From positions 112,902,001 through 112,966,000 of the forward strand of contig NC_042999.1 of NCBI RefSeq assembly GCF_006345805.1: a stretch of 64,000 bases of DNA, read 5' to 3'. Position numbers and translations under genes: made by a program. The notes under the pieces are model-generated. The model saw nothing but the letters and a program-made list of their open reading frames with translations, did no database searches and had not been told where the DNA came from. The stretch comes from Octopus sinensis (taxonomy: Eukaryota). Shown here piece by piece: positions 1-13,102 of the stretch; position 1 is the stretch's first letter, and each line of letters begins with the position of its first letter.

Positions 1-430
1 TTCACAGAATCTTTAAGCTTCCAGACCCTTCTCCTCCATGCTGGTCGTCTTCTGGGCATTCAGTTAGCCCTGATCCTGAAGTCACTAACTATCAGTCTAT
101 GTTGTGGGGGTACATTCTTCGCCTGGGAAGGTTTTGGCATTTATAAGCAGCCATCTTTCCCTTTTTCTGGCGATGATGTAGTCAATTTGGCTAGTGTGTC
201 TGCTTGAACGGTGGGTGACTGGCAGGTTTCCTGAAGTTAGCATTGCAAACAATAAGATCATTTGCTTGGTTGAACTTCAGCAGCATGGTTCCCTCCTCAT
301 TGTAGGAACCAAAACTGTAGCCTCCATGTATGCCATGGAAGCCACCTGTATGTTGTCCAACATGTCCATTGAAGTCACCTGCCACAAAGAGAAGGTCCCT
401 GTCATTCGCCAATGAGGTAGTCTGCAAGAG
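1..430 (-). mobile_element. RTE-clade LINE endonuclease fragment
   Basis: Minus ORF LFVAGDFNGHVG...GSYNEEGTMLLKF...LIVCNANFRKP, an APE endonuclease with the GDFN motif. Confidence 0.85.
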
Positions 431-431
431 G

Positions 432-598
432 GTATCTTAGAATCTTTCAGTTTCCATTTACCTAATCTGCTCACAAAGCTTTGGTTGGCATGAGGTTATA
501 GTAGAAGACACTTACCCAAGGTGTCATGCAATGGGACTCAACCCAGATGCATTTGGTTGGGAAGCAAGCTTCTTACCACACAGCCACACCTGCACCTA
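432..598 (-). mobile_element. tRNA-derived SINE (head portion)
   Basis: Reverse complement matches the ggctgtgtggtaagaagcttgcttccc...ccttgggtaagtgtcttctactata family also seen at 4383 and 56611. Confidence 0.8.
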
Positions 599-1429
599 TC
601 TTAACATCTTGATATTCATCTTCACTACTTCATCCCATATTGTCCTAGATGTCTTTCACAGGGTTCTATCCACTTTGAGTGTTCATAAGTTCTTTATATA
701 GTTGTCATACTCTATATGCATCACATGCCCACCCCAGTGCTGTCCTTTGTATAGTTTTCTCTCAGGTTATATTTATTCTGTCATTCATATACACTAGTAT
801 TACAGATTCAGTGAAGTTTGCTAACTTCATTTTATTCTTGCCTTTCAAAATATTTTGCATTCAAGATTCATATTTCACTAACATGCAACATTATACTTGA
901 TATACAAATTATAAACAATCTGCTTTTCACAGAGATAGAATTCCTTTGTTGTCAGCAGAAGTAGTAGCTCCTTGAACTTTCATGGCCTTGTTTTTACTCT
1001 TCTGCTCTCACTATTCTGAATATCTACCTCTGCTGCTAATTAGATCATATCAGTAAGAAAAGCTAGCAACTACTTTTAGAGTCTCCAGAACAGTTGAAAG
1101 AATTTATTTCACATGTATTCTTACTACTGACTATGCCTGTGCTTCTGCCACATAAGAAACCTATTGTCAGCTGGAATTTCTACCCACTCCTTTTCTGCTT
1201 GTTAAATATATGGCCATTTCCCTTATGGTAGCAGAGTCCTGTCTTCTTTTCTACTTAAGTCTTTGATAAGTTTTCTTTTGAAGCTTCTTGATTTTAAGTG
1301 TTTAAATCAGGAATTTCTTTCCTGAATAGTCTTAAGATACTACCATAAGAACCAGGTCATCATCATACAGGAGCATCCACAGGTAGCTAATCTTAAACTC
1401 CTCAGTTATAGTCAGTAAGATTATGATAA

Positions 1430-2390
1430 TCAGGAGAGCCTGTGAGCTGAACCCTAATGGACCCTACCTGTATGGTAAATTCATCACTGAACTCTTTACT
1501 AACTTTCATCTTGCTGGTGGTGCCTCTGTAAATGGCTTCTGTGACCCTCTTAAATCATTAATTTATTCTTAGCATACTTGGCAACCACTAGATTACAGAG
1601 CATGGGAGGCCTTCTTCAGATCAACAAAAGCTAGGTACAAAGTCTTATGCCAAGTTAAGTACTTCTGCAGTTGCCTCACTAGGATGATGATAATGCTAAT
1701 ATCTCTTGCAGCACTCATCTAGGCCAATTCTCTTCCAAATCAATTGTGCAATAGCTCTTTTAATAACTTTCATAACTTGGTCAACAATTTAGTACCTCTA
1801 CAATTACCTATCCTAAGTGTTTCTTTGCTCTTATAGTAGTTAACTATCTTATTGTGCCAGTTATTAGACATGACACCTTCCTGCACTATTGTATTGGGCA
1901 TTGTACTACTGATTGAGTATGTGAGCGACTAGTACATACCAAATATTTAAAGCATCTCTTTGACTTTTCCTGACAGACCAGCTGCCTTCCTTACTTTTAT
2001 TTCTTTAATTGTTATTGTTATTAATACTGCTTGTCATCTTGTTGTTATCAACTTGCGTGGTTGGTCTCTTTGTTCGGTCTACTTGGGAAAAAAATCCTTT
2101 TTCTCCTATCAATTTTTCTCATCCAATAATTTCTTGTAATACTGATTTCACATCCCTTACTTTTTGGTGTCATCAAAATCAAGTGCCATTATACTTCTTT
2201 ATACACTTCCTCCTAATGATATCTCAGTTTTATCTTGTGCACTACCTTCCATCCTGGAATACTTCACACTTCTGATCTTCATGCTACAGAAAATTAGTAA
2301 ACTTCTTATTTTTAGCTTCTCGCATTATTTGATAGGAAAAATCTTTCAGGTAGTAGTGGTAGGGGATTTCCTTTAGGTTTTTGTAAGCAG
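1430..2390 (-). mobile_element. Degraded RTE LINE reverse-transcriptase fragment
   Basis: Minus strand reads LVRQLQ..LYLAFVDLKKA near 1610-1700 and RKAAGLSG near 1970-2000, paralleling the copy at 38985-39735. Confidence 0.75.
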
Positions 2391-4382
2391 TGTTCTTAGT
2401 TCTTGTGTAAGTAAACCACTCAGAGATTCTGGGCTTTTGGTTTTGAGTAAAATGGGAATGGTCACTTGATTAGCTGTCTCAGATGGCTCAGGAGTAAATT
2501 ACATTTAAGCAGACATTATAGATTTGATGGAACTCCAACCAGTTAACTGACCTTGATTTGGCAGTGACTGGATGATCCAATGAATACATAAATAGTAAGT
2601 TATTGCTGGGTAAAGGTTTGTTTGGGACAGGAGGAACAGATCAAATATTTTGTGCATCTGTCAGGAATACAGCTATTTGAGGATACTACTTAATTGCATA
2701 GGCATCTTACGGTGGCAAACGTGTGTGTGTTTGTGTGAATAACTGCACATGTGTACAAGTAAGGATGTCATTGCTTGTGTGGACATGCATATTTTGATCT
2801 AGGTGTGTGTACATATATTTTTTTATACTTACATATACATATGCACTTATTACAAGCTAAAGTTCTGGAATGTTTGACATATTTTAGCAGTTCCATTAAT
2901 AGTTAATAATTGTAATTTATTAATTAGTTGTGTCTCTTTGGGTTTTGTGAAACCAAAATTAGTACCGAGATAGTTAGTTACATTATCAATCCCTTCCTCC
3001 AATTACAGGTATAAATCTAAAATTATAGTCTGAGCGTAGTATATGCAGATTTTTTATTTGTGAGGTACAGAATTTTTTCTTTTTCTTTTAAAACTATGTT
3101 AATTTTTGTTGGACAACTAATTTCATCTACCGTGCACATTTTTTTTTCTCTCTCAGATCATTGTCTGGTCTATTATGTATATATATTACAGAAACATTCC
3201 ACAGTATTTTTTCATGTTATGGGTGATTATGCATATTACATCACTGTAACTTCTTATATTATAATGTTCACAGCTATCCTTTCTATGATTTGCATGGTAT
3301 AATGGTTTGGCTATACCTCATGTAGATATGATGACAATTTTGGACAGCTGCTTACAGTATGGGTAACATCTTTTATTTTAATTCTATGGAGTCTGCATTG
3401 GTTATCATACCTAGACATTTTTAGTTGCATCTCTATTCTTTTTGAGCCTTGGATTACAAAAGTATAATTTTCAACACTCATTGTTGGTCCAAGGTAGACC
3501 ACTTTGGTTAACAATTGATTACTGTCATTTTGAAGCTTTCTGATAACATAGTCATGCAAGACTTTCTGCTGATAATCAGAAAATCATTCATCTGAGAATT
3601 TGTAGTTGTAGAACTGTGCCACTTCCTTGTATTTTTAATCTTTGGGTAGGGAGTATGTTCTAAAGAGCTCTTTTCCAACTCTTGTAATGTTATTTGTCTC
3701 ATGTATGCATATTAAATCCAGACATGCATTTTGATACTTGGTGGTTAGTAGTTGTTGATGAAGGAATATTATGTGACATTTGAAGGCTGTTTTATGTTAA
3801 GACACTGCCTCCTTTTTTATATATTTAATTTGAGGCAGTTAATTTTCCCACCGATGGGAAAATTTCTGGTAGTGGTTTACAGTTTTTGGGTTTTAACATC
3901 AATGGGCTGAATCTCCTCTGGTTTCTTAAAGGTTGCCCAAATGTTGGTATGAGTACTACTTTAGCAAACAAACTGTGGGCCACTGATTTATAGTATACAG
4001 AGAATTCTGAAAACAATATATATATATATAACACAGATGTAATTTTTCCTGGTTATGCTTTTCTTGTTTAAGATCCATCTTAGGATATATGTTTATCCAT
4101 CCCTAGCTACCTGTAGCGTTCTCCATCAGATATTGGCAAAATAGTCTGGCCATTGAAAGAGATGTTACTAGACTGGTTTGTAGTTTTCCATACAATCAGG
4201 TAGAAACATTTATCCAGCCAAACTCCATCCCTACATCCTTTGAAAATGTAATTAGATCAAGGCTTTTCTTCATGCCATTCATATTCTAGGTATTTACTTT
4301 CAAGTTGTTCACTAAAAAGCTATGTCTTAAGTTGGTGTCTCTGTCCTCCTGTGAGCCAGTTATGTTCCATTCAGATTTCTGC

Positions 4383-4630
4383 CACAGGTGCAGCTGTGTG
4401 GTAAGAAGTTTGCTTCCCAAGTATGTGGTTCTGGGTTCAGTTCCACTGCATGACGCTTCAGGCAAGTGTCTTCTACCATAGCCTTTGGCTGAAAGAAACC
4501 TGTCATATATATGTGTTTGTGTGTGTTTATATCTGTATGTGTTTGTCCTCCACCACTGCTTGATAACCAGTGTTGGTTTGTTTACATTTCTGTAACTTAG
4601 TGGTTTGGCAAAAGAGCCTGATAGAATAAA
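4383..4630 (+). mobile_element. tRNA-derived SINE with internal (TA/TG)n
   Basis: gctgtgtggtaagaagtttgcttccc head, gggttcagttcc B-box-like motif, then a microsatellite and the shared tail gtaacttagtggtttggcaaaagag. Confidence 0.85.
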
Positions 4631-4639
4631 CACTTGAGT

Positions 4640-4800
4640 CCAGTAACTGAAACGAGTGAAAGATAAAAAAAAAAGACATAAGGTCACTGAAAATATAAAC
4701 AGTATCAGAGAAAGGCTGTCTCTTTGAAATATGTCCCTGAGATACTGTATCCTATTTATGACAACTCCATCACTTTTTATGTTTAATTTCAAGATAGTGG
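4640..4800 (-). mobile_element. R4/Dong-type RT fragment
   Basis: INRIQYLRDIFQRDSLSLILF resembles the RGIFQGDSLSPLLF motif. Confidence 0.6.
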
Positions 4801-6572
4801 CTTAAGTTCTCTGTGGTCTTGATTTTCATTTCTGAAACTTTAGTAATCAGAAATTTCAATGCTACTTCAGTGTGTGTGGTCTACCACGGTATCTGTATTC
4901 TATGCAGTAAAGTAACCTGATCTGGGTTAGGACTAGGAACACTTTGAAGATACAGATTGAAAATTCAGAAGGCATAGGTATGTTAGTACCGCCTCATGTC
5001 TACACAAGAAATGCTGTTCTTCATGAACTTCTGCAGAAAATCATACCTGTATAGTATTTTGGGAGTGATAAATATAATTTTCTTATTTTCTTGTTATTTT
5101 GGCATTTTTATTTTCTTTCTCACCCTCTAATTAATTTTTCATCAACTTAGGGTAACTTTTTCAACCATAACACAGTCATTGTTGACAGCTCAAGTACTCT
5201 AGTATATCAATAATATGCTATGGCAGTATATGTGTGCTTTGAAAAATGAGACTGGTTGAATGACACAATGTGATAGAGAAAGTTTTTCACATTGGTAATA
5301 ATGGCTTGACGCATGAGCCAAACTTCTGACTGAGGTAAGCTGTTGATGTTAAAAGCAAGATTGAGAAAGAAATCAGTGATTGTATTGGAAAAATTAATAC
5401 GTCATTCGGTACCATTTTGCTGTTGTTGAAAGACTTAAGAAACACCTATAAACGGTAGTTTTTTTTTAGAACTATTATATTTCATAGTTGTGAATGTTAG
5501 TCCATTATTAAAACGTTCAAAATAATGTTTTGATTCGATACTTTTATAGTTTCACTACTTGCACTTGGTGCACCATAGCTATATTTCTAAATTTTTTATT
5601 GGCTGCTACTTATGCTGGTCACAGAAGAATGAAAGTCAAAGTAATTGGGTGAGATTTGATCTCAGATGTAACCAACTATACAAGTTATTTTGTTTGACAC
5701 TCTACTGTTTCTCCTATCCTCTTGTCATTGAATATTTCTGGAAAATGGAAAGAATTTCATTTCTAAATGATATTGCACAGAATTATTTCTCAGCAAAAGC
5801 TGAGTATCAACATGATCAAGTGATGGTGATACTAACTTTGACCTTTTTAAGAAAGTATGATAACAATCATGTTTGTATATATTATATAACATTAAGCAAT
5901 TGGCCTAATGCGCAATATCATAACAAACCTATTGGATCAGAATGTCAGAGGAAGTTTATCTTCTCATTAATATGGATGTCAAGGAATTGTAAAATCTAAA
6001 TATTATATGTTTTGCCATGCAGTTAGAATTTAGATAAATAATAACAATGATTTAAGCAGTAGAACTGTTAACTTCATCCACAACTTATTTGTTGCACTTC
6101 ACTACATGTAGAAGTTGTTCACTAAATCACTCAAATGTAGAACTTGAATATCATAACATAAAGCTCCAACTTTTGTCTTGTTTGAATAAATTTTACTGAA
6201 ATGGCAATGTGATTTTTATAAGTTGAACAAATTACTGAATTGCTACTGGTATTTCAAGTCTAAAAGCTCACACGTGCCAATAAGGGTGACTATTTTAAGC
6301 TGTAAGTTAGTATTCTAGTGGAACAAGTGTTGGACAAAATAGCTGTATCAAGTTCTAGGATGATGCAATATTAGAAAAGAAACTACTAACAGAGATTCAA
6401 ACAGATGTTTAACTAATTGCTATTCAAATATTTGTGTTTATTTTTAGACTAACTATTACTGCTTGTTAGTGATTATTTTCAGACCAATTGGTATGGTTAG
6501 ATGAAGTTAATGCATTTAGTATTTAATTTAAAAACCTTAATGACAAATAGTTTGAGAAAACCTATGAATGAA

Positions 6573-7847
6573 TTAGGTTGTCCTAGAAATAATGGCCGAT
6601 TTCAGAAGCATAATTATATTTTGGAAAAATTAACGATAGAAATGTTTTGATTAGTCAAGTATGAGCCATGAGCATCTATGTATCTCTTCCATTGATCAAC
6701 GAGATTATTTATGCCTTGTCAATAAAAACTTATTGGCTTTGATGCTAAGAAATCCTTGAAATCTGATTCCACCTCTGGTTTGAACCTGAAAGTTTTATCA
6801 CTTAAAAACGTGTTTTATCACTTAAAATCGTGCTTTAAAAAATGGTAGTCAGTGGGTGGGATGTCGTAAAGTCTCGTATCCCAAGTCTGTGAGTTTCTGC
6901 AGCATCATTCTTGCAACATGTAGCCTTGCATTATCGTGGAGCAGAATCAGACCACGGTGATTCACCAATGCAGGTCTCAATTTTTGGAAGTGAGCATACA
7001 TTTCAGCGTGTTGATTGCAGTAAACCTCTGCTGTAATGCTCTGATTGGCTTCTAGAAAGCTGTAATGGACAAAACCAATTGCTAACCATCAGACAGTCAC
7101 CATAATCTCTTGCTGGTGCAACTTTGACTTTGGGAAATGTTTGGGAGACTCATCACGATCAAGCCATTGACCTGATCATTTATGGTTGTCATAAAGAATC
7201 CACTTTTTGTCACAAGTAACTTTTTGGTCAAGAAAAGGATCATTGGTGTTTGGCAGAAAGAGCATTGAGCACACATCAGAATGCCTAACTTTTTGATTTT
7301 CATTGAGCTCATGTAGTACCCATATATCAATCATTTTCACCTTACCAATCTTCTGCAGATTGCGTGAAACCATTGCAATATCAACACCAAGCGCCTGAGA
7401 CATTTCTCTGACACTTTGATGTGGGTTTTGTTCAACAATTGCTTTCAATTGTTCATTGTCAAGACTTCATGACTGTCCTCTACTTTCTTCATCTTCAAGG
7501 CTCTCATCACCACTACAGAATTTCTGAAACTACCTTTGTACTGTGCGATTACTTGTGGACCCCTCTTCCCATGCTCTGCTGATATTGGCAGCAGTTTGGG
7601 AGGCATTGTGCCCAAGCTTGAACTCTTGCAAAAAAAGTAAACAAAGGTCCTTTTTTGTCATGTTCATAATGAAGGGCACCTATGCTTCAAGAATGTTTTC
7701 TGTCCGAAATAAGTAGAAAATTATTAAAGAGCATACATCATTTATTAAGTATGTTGAAATTCACCTAAAATATAATTAAAATACTATGATAAAATTGCGT
7801 TTCAAAACACAACACTTAGAGTGGTTATTATTTTTGGAACAACCTAA
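6573..7847 (-). mobile_element. Full-length degraded mariner transposon
   Basis: Imperfect TIRs ttaggttgtcctagaaataat / ttaggttgttccaaaaataat, TA at 7848, 1.27 kb. Minus ORF includes WVLHELNENQK and VTCDKKWILYDN. Confidence 0.9.
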
Positions 7848-9153
7848 TAGTTCCAGAGAAGTACAGTTTTGATGAGGAAGGATTAGATTAAGTGTTGAGT
7901 ATGAAATCTTTATGGGTTGAAGCAGATGGCAATGTCAGGATGAAACTAGATTGCCATATCATGGATTTGGATAGAGAAAACATAGAGCAAAGTCTACAGT
8001 AGCTAGAAGATAAGGGTAATAGGACTTGATGGTTGGTCAGTCTTTGTGGATTGGGACAGAATCCACTTATCAGGTATGATTACATTTATGTGTAGTCCAG
8101 TGTTTAGGAAAGGTATGGCATATAAGACCAAGATATAGGGATAGTACTTAATTTTTAGAGAAATTTTAAAAAACCCTGTTGGGGTTTATTAAATGCTTCA
8201 GGTATGATAAAATACAGTATCTACAAATTTGTGTTCTTATATCCGTGTAAGAAATCTAATGAAATCCTTTTAGTGTCAGACAAAATGCTTATATTTGTTC
8301 CAGCTCTTTATAATCTGAGTTCAGATCTTGGTAGGGTCAACTTAGCCTGTCAGCTTTTTAGAGTCAGAAAAATAAAGTATTGGTCAAGATATATTCAAGT
8401 AACATTCCTATACCCAAATTTGTGGCATAGTAGTTGTATTAGAAATGATTATTTTAATATTTTCTGTTATTGAAGACTGTAGATTAGCAGAATCATTAGT
8501 GTTGGTCATAATACCTTGCAGTATTTGTTTTGGCTCTTCATGTTTTGAGATCAACTTTGCCTTTTATCTTTCTGGTGTTGCTTAAAAAACTACATCAGTA
8601 AAGTTTTGGGGTTGTTATATCAACTGTTCCCTTCCTCCAAAATTTCTGACCTTGCTTGAAGTTATCAATTAGCAAAATAATAATTATTTTGTAAACAGGA
8701 TGTACAGGTATATTCATTAATTTTTATTATAGTACATTTTCTAGCTAATTGTAGAAATATATATAAGTAGAAGTGAATGTTGTTGTGGTTAACCTCAGCT
8801 TTGTTATGATCAAGCAAACCTAAGATCAAAAAAAATTCTGGCTGGGACACTTCTTATAGAGTATAATTTAAAGGAGATTTTGTGGCTATTTCCAGCAGGT
8901 CTAGTGATCACTTAAAAATTCCCTCAATAGTTCAACATTCATCAACTACAAAATGCTTCTATATTTTATGACTAAAAGTTAAGGTGGAACTGTTGAAGGA
9001 AATCAAATGGTATTGGACTGTATCTTTCTCACCGACTCTTTTGTGAATATGTAGTTACTAATTGTTTGAAATGATATACACTATGTGAATTTTAGTTCTT
9101 TATTTCTATTTATATGAGAATGCTTTTCAAAAATGTGTTTCTTGTTTTCACAG

Positions 9154-9337
9154 GTACATTTTGGGCATTTGGGAAATCAACTGGTTGCGATTACATGTTG
9201 GTTTTGACTGTAAAGGGTGCAGTGATCTGTGGCTGGTGTATATGCATTGTCATTAGTTTTGGCATTGTTCTTTTGTTTGATCCTATTGGATATGGCCATA
9301 CTCGAAGATACCCTTCAGCAAAAGTCTGGGAAGGAAG
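9154..9337 (+). CDS. DAGLB: DAG lipase beta-like, coding exon (first found in window; transmembrane region)
   Basis: ttttcacag acceptor and ag|gtaagc donor. Translates GTFWAFGKSTGCDYMLVLTVKGAVICGWCICIVISFGIVLLFDPIG...KVWEGR, matching the DAGLB 'W...FDPLG...VWETR' segment as I recall it. Confidence 0.9.
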
Positions 9338-9913
9338 GTAAGCTTATAATTTATATAATTTTTATAACACTTGTTTATGAAACCTTGTGTTCATTATTTT
9401 TAAAAAAAATCATTTATATGGTCATGTTTTTAATATTTCTAGTTGAGAGATTCTTCATATTTTTATTCTTAATTCCATATCTATCAATATAATGGAGAAG
9501 TTGAAATGACTTATAGAGATAAAGTTTTGAGCTACGAGTTCATATCCTTGAATTTAAATCTATTGTCAAAGTTTTGTTATATATGTAGGGTAACTTTACA
9601 CACTGTAGTTCACCTGATATTAAGTTTTGACTTAGTTTATATGACACCTTATCTGAAAATATTAACTGTAGTAAACTGGTATCCAGGAGAATTTCTTTTA
9701 TCTCATCCGCTTAATGCTTATTTTCCATGAAACAATTTTAGTTTGGGATAGAGAACTTTTTTTTGATTAAGTTAATGTTATTAATCCTTTGCTTGTCAGT
9801 CAGTTGTTTTGCTTTATTTTTACAAACAAAATCAACTTGAATAAATAATTTACTTGATATTCTAAACTTAAATAAATCAGTCATTATAAACTATTTCTTT
9901 TGCTTTGTTTTAG

Positions 9914-10004
9914 ATGCAATGTTATTTGTTGTTGTTCTCAAAACAATCCAGAGAGCAAACGAGCATTAAATGATGTTGCAAAGTTGTTTGCTACAATATT
10001 TCAG
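9914..10004 (+). CDS. DAGLB: DAG lipase beta-like exon
   Basis: tttag|a phase-2 acceptor; RCNVICCCSQNNPESKRALNDVAKLFATIFQ (cf. RIKLLCCC...AELFSTYF); cag|gtaaat donor. Confidence 0.92.
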
Positions 10005-11765
10005 GTAAATATTATTATTATAACAACAAAAAACAAATTAACAAACCAAGTGTTTAATAATTTTTTTGTTAGGAAGATTATTGTGATGGGATTGGAGTAT
10101 AACTGTGAACTCAGCATCATTTTTAGGTCATGTTTCCATTTCTTATTGCAATTTCTTTTTACTTAATTTATTTTCAAGCTGTTTAATTGTTTTTACTATT
10201 TATCTTTTTTTAAAGTTAATAGAGTAATAAAATGGAAGAAATGGTAATGTCAGACTAACTACTTTGTTTAGTTACATCTCTTTACAGTGTGGATTCAAAT
10301 CTCCAAGTGGTTGATCCTACATTTCAACCTTTATGAGTCAATAAAATAGATACCAGCCAGGCACTGGAGTTGATTAAATGAATTACACTCCTCTTCAAAA
10401 TGTATGAATTTGTACCAAAGTTAGAAATCATCATCATCATTTCATCCTCTTCCCATGCTGGCATGGGTTGGATGGATTGTCATGGTCTTTTTTTATTAGA
10501 TTGGTGCCCTAGCATGGCTGCAGTCCAATAACTGAAACAAATGAAAGAAAAAAAGAATATGTGCCATTTGATTTAGTTTCTATGGCTGGATGCCCTTCCT
10601 ATTGCCAACCACTTCACAGAGTGTATTGGGTAAGTTTTCTCTTGGCACCAGCATTAGAGGTAAAATAAAGGGACCTCAGAACACCATACATCTCTGCTCA
10701 TTTGCCAACCAAACCCTGGTTACATTTCTGTGGTAGCAGCAATAGAGAGATTGTATTACTCACCTGTCATTCTTGAGGGAGCATGATTTGTCAGCTTTCC
10801 ATTGTGGCACCAGTACATGAGGTGTATCTTGCACATCAGATAATGTAGAGAGTATTCAGTATACTAAGATATGTAGACAAAGAAGAGAAAACAGTTGGGA
10901 AGAGCAGTAGTGGGGTGGTAAGAAATGGTAGAGTACTGGATGACTTGGATAGAATAATTTGTCTACACCTTCTTGTCTAACACATGTACCATAAATCATA
11001 TTAGTTAAGCAGTAAAATTCTTCATAGAAATAAGGGAAAGTAGCAACCCACAAATCAATAGTTGGTTTTAGAGCTTTAGGTCTCTCCATGGATTTATAAA
11101 GAGTATTATTTTACTTAAATGTTCTTTCAAATCTCTCAACATTCATTCATATTTAGTGAATGTCTTTTTTTAATATCAGGAGATTTTGATTATTGTATAA
11201 AGAAAAAAATAAAAGGGAAAAGCATATGGTGGATTGATAGAAGGTGAAAATAGCAGATGGAGTAATTAGTTGAAGTAAAAAATTAGGTATATAAATTATA
11301 TACAAGAACTAAATATCACCATATGGCCATATTCTGGATGGCATAAGTTATATCTATTATTCAAGTTAATTGATATGTAACAAAGCATTTAAATCACTGT
11401 AGAAATGTTAAAATCTTCTATGATAGAGATAATACATTAAATGTTGATTGCATTTCAAAAGCATGCTCATGTCAGAGATCATATAGATTAAAGTTATTTA
11501 CTATTTCATTAATATCAAAATGATTCAGAAGTAAAATGAAATCAAAATAGAAACAGCAAATGGATGAAATGCTCAATTGTTGTTCATATGCTATTATGTA
11601 CCTTAGTTCATGTATATCATACATACATACATTCATATATATATATATACATATATATATAAAGTTAATCCAAACATGAAAACACAAAGAGAAAACACAA
11701 CAACGCGAGGACGTGGAACAAGTATAGTGTTATTGGACGCTCAAGAAAGGAAAGAAAGAAGGAGG

Positions 11766-11800
11766 ATTTAATGTTTCGAGCGGAGCTCTCTGTCAGAAAC
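11766..11800 (-). ncRNA. Degenerate minimal hammerhead motif (second arm)
   Basis: GUUU-CUGACAG-A-GAGC(UCC)GCUC-GAAA-CA-UU-AAAU; G8/A9 are swapped, so probably inactive. Confidence 0.55.
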
Positions 11801-11865
11801 ATAGGAAAAGGAAAGATCCAAGGAAGGGAAGATGGAGGAAAAAAAGTCGCCAACAATATACAGGC

Positions 11866-11896
<31 letters not shown>

Positions 11897-11973
11897 TAGT
11901 ATGTGACCTTGTGAATACCACCGGGAATTTTTTTTCCTCTGTCCTCCCGTCTCGGGATCTTTCCTTCTCCTAT

Positions 11974-12008
11974 GTTTCCGACGAAGAGCTCCGCTCGAAA
12001 CATCAAAC
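11974..12008 (+). ncRNA. Minimal type I hammerhead ribozyme motif (U4C variant)
   Basis: GUUU-CCGACGA-A-GAGC(UCC)GCUC-GAAA-CA-UC-AAAC: stem I GUUU/AAAC, stem II GAGC/GCUC, core and cleavage triplet in the correct order. Confidence 0.65.
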
Positions 12009-12099
12009 CCTCCTTCTTCCCTTCTTTCTTGAGCGTCCAATAATACTTCATTGTTCCACATCCTTGCGTTGTTGTCTTTTTGTTTTCTTGTTTGGATTA

Positions 12100-12141
<42 letters not shown>

Positions 12142-12902
12142 TTATTAAGGTGGCTATTTGCAATTTAAAACCAAAAGGCAACAAATATAGTCATCATTAA
12201 AATGACGAAGGATGCTTGTAAGCACCAGCATTGCTAGAAATAAGAGTCAAAACAACTCTTAGCCACATGAGAGTACTTTTCTAATGACTGACAAGAGAGA
12301 CAGGCTCCCTCCCTACGGCAAGCAAGATGGAGTCATATCACTGCTGATTTTAGATTTAATTAATCTTCATCTGTTGTCGAGGGTTAAAGAACCTAACTCA
12401 CCTTTTCAGCCTTATAGAGAACACCATAGGAAACATTGACTGATTTTGAAAATGATGAGGTGAGAATTATAAATTATTAAAGTGGCTATTTGCAATTTAC
12501 AACCGAAAAGCAACAAGTATAGTCATCATTATATATATGCTGCTATGAGAATATATAATTAAAATTTTGTTCGATAACCTACTATAATAGGTGATAATGC
12601 GAAGATGTTCCAGTTGTGACCATCCAGTCAGTATATTACACATATATGGTTTAATATGCTAAAATTATTTAAATAAAATTGAATATACAATTTATTTGAT
12701 AAACATTTCCTTTTATTTTATTAAATTATTTAAAAATCATTTTAAAACATAATATTGCATATCTATAAAAAGTTGTTTTGAAATAAAAATAAAAATTACT
12801 ATATCCAAAATGTTTGATGCTGAGAACATAAAAATCCAAGGACCATTTAAAAAAAAATTAATTATCCAAAAATTAGAGGAGTTTTAAAATATTCATACAC
12901 AT

Positions 12903-13102
12903 CACGTGCGGGTGGCACGTAAAAAGCACCCACTACACTCACGGAGTGGTTGGCGTTAGGAAGGGCATCCAGCCGTAGAAACACTGCCAGATTTGACTGG
13001 GCCTGATGAAGCCTTCTGGCTTCACAGACCCCAGTAGAACCGTCCAACCCATGCTAGCATGGAAAACGGACGCTAAATGATGATGATGATGATGATGATG
13101 AT
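12903..13102 (+). mobile_element. RTE 3'-end-derived short element with (GAT)n tail
   Basis: ggtggcacgtaaaaagcaccc...ccgtccaacccatgctagcatggaaaacggac(gat)n; the same 3' end caps the RTE copies at 22850, 37705, 40240 and 41195. Confidence 0.85.

Larger units (their letters stand above)
11661..12104. repeat. Foldback of two ~210-bp inverted arms separated and flanked by (TA)n
   Basis: Arm 11661-11872 begins aagttaatccaaac; arm 11902-12104 ends gtttggattaacttt. Internal blocks are clear reverse complements. Confidence 0.92.

Noticed and set aside
3060-3720. Hydrophobic plus frame after a good acceptor (3156) as the missing N-terminal DAGLB exon
   Set aside because: Internal stops, no DAGL motifs and no strong donor. 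The opposite strand reads DLICIHET, like a decayed LINE endonuclease.
5559-5999. 146-aa ORF as an upstream DAGLB exon
   Set aside because: No match to the expected GTI..PR..RL..PE..W segment and no phase-1 donor in a matching position.
13003-13030. CTGATGAAG as a hammerhead core
   Set aside because: No GAAA or stem II. It is a mutated position of the RTE 3'UTR (other copies read cctggtgcagcc).
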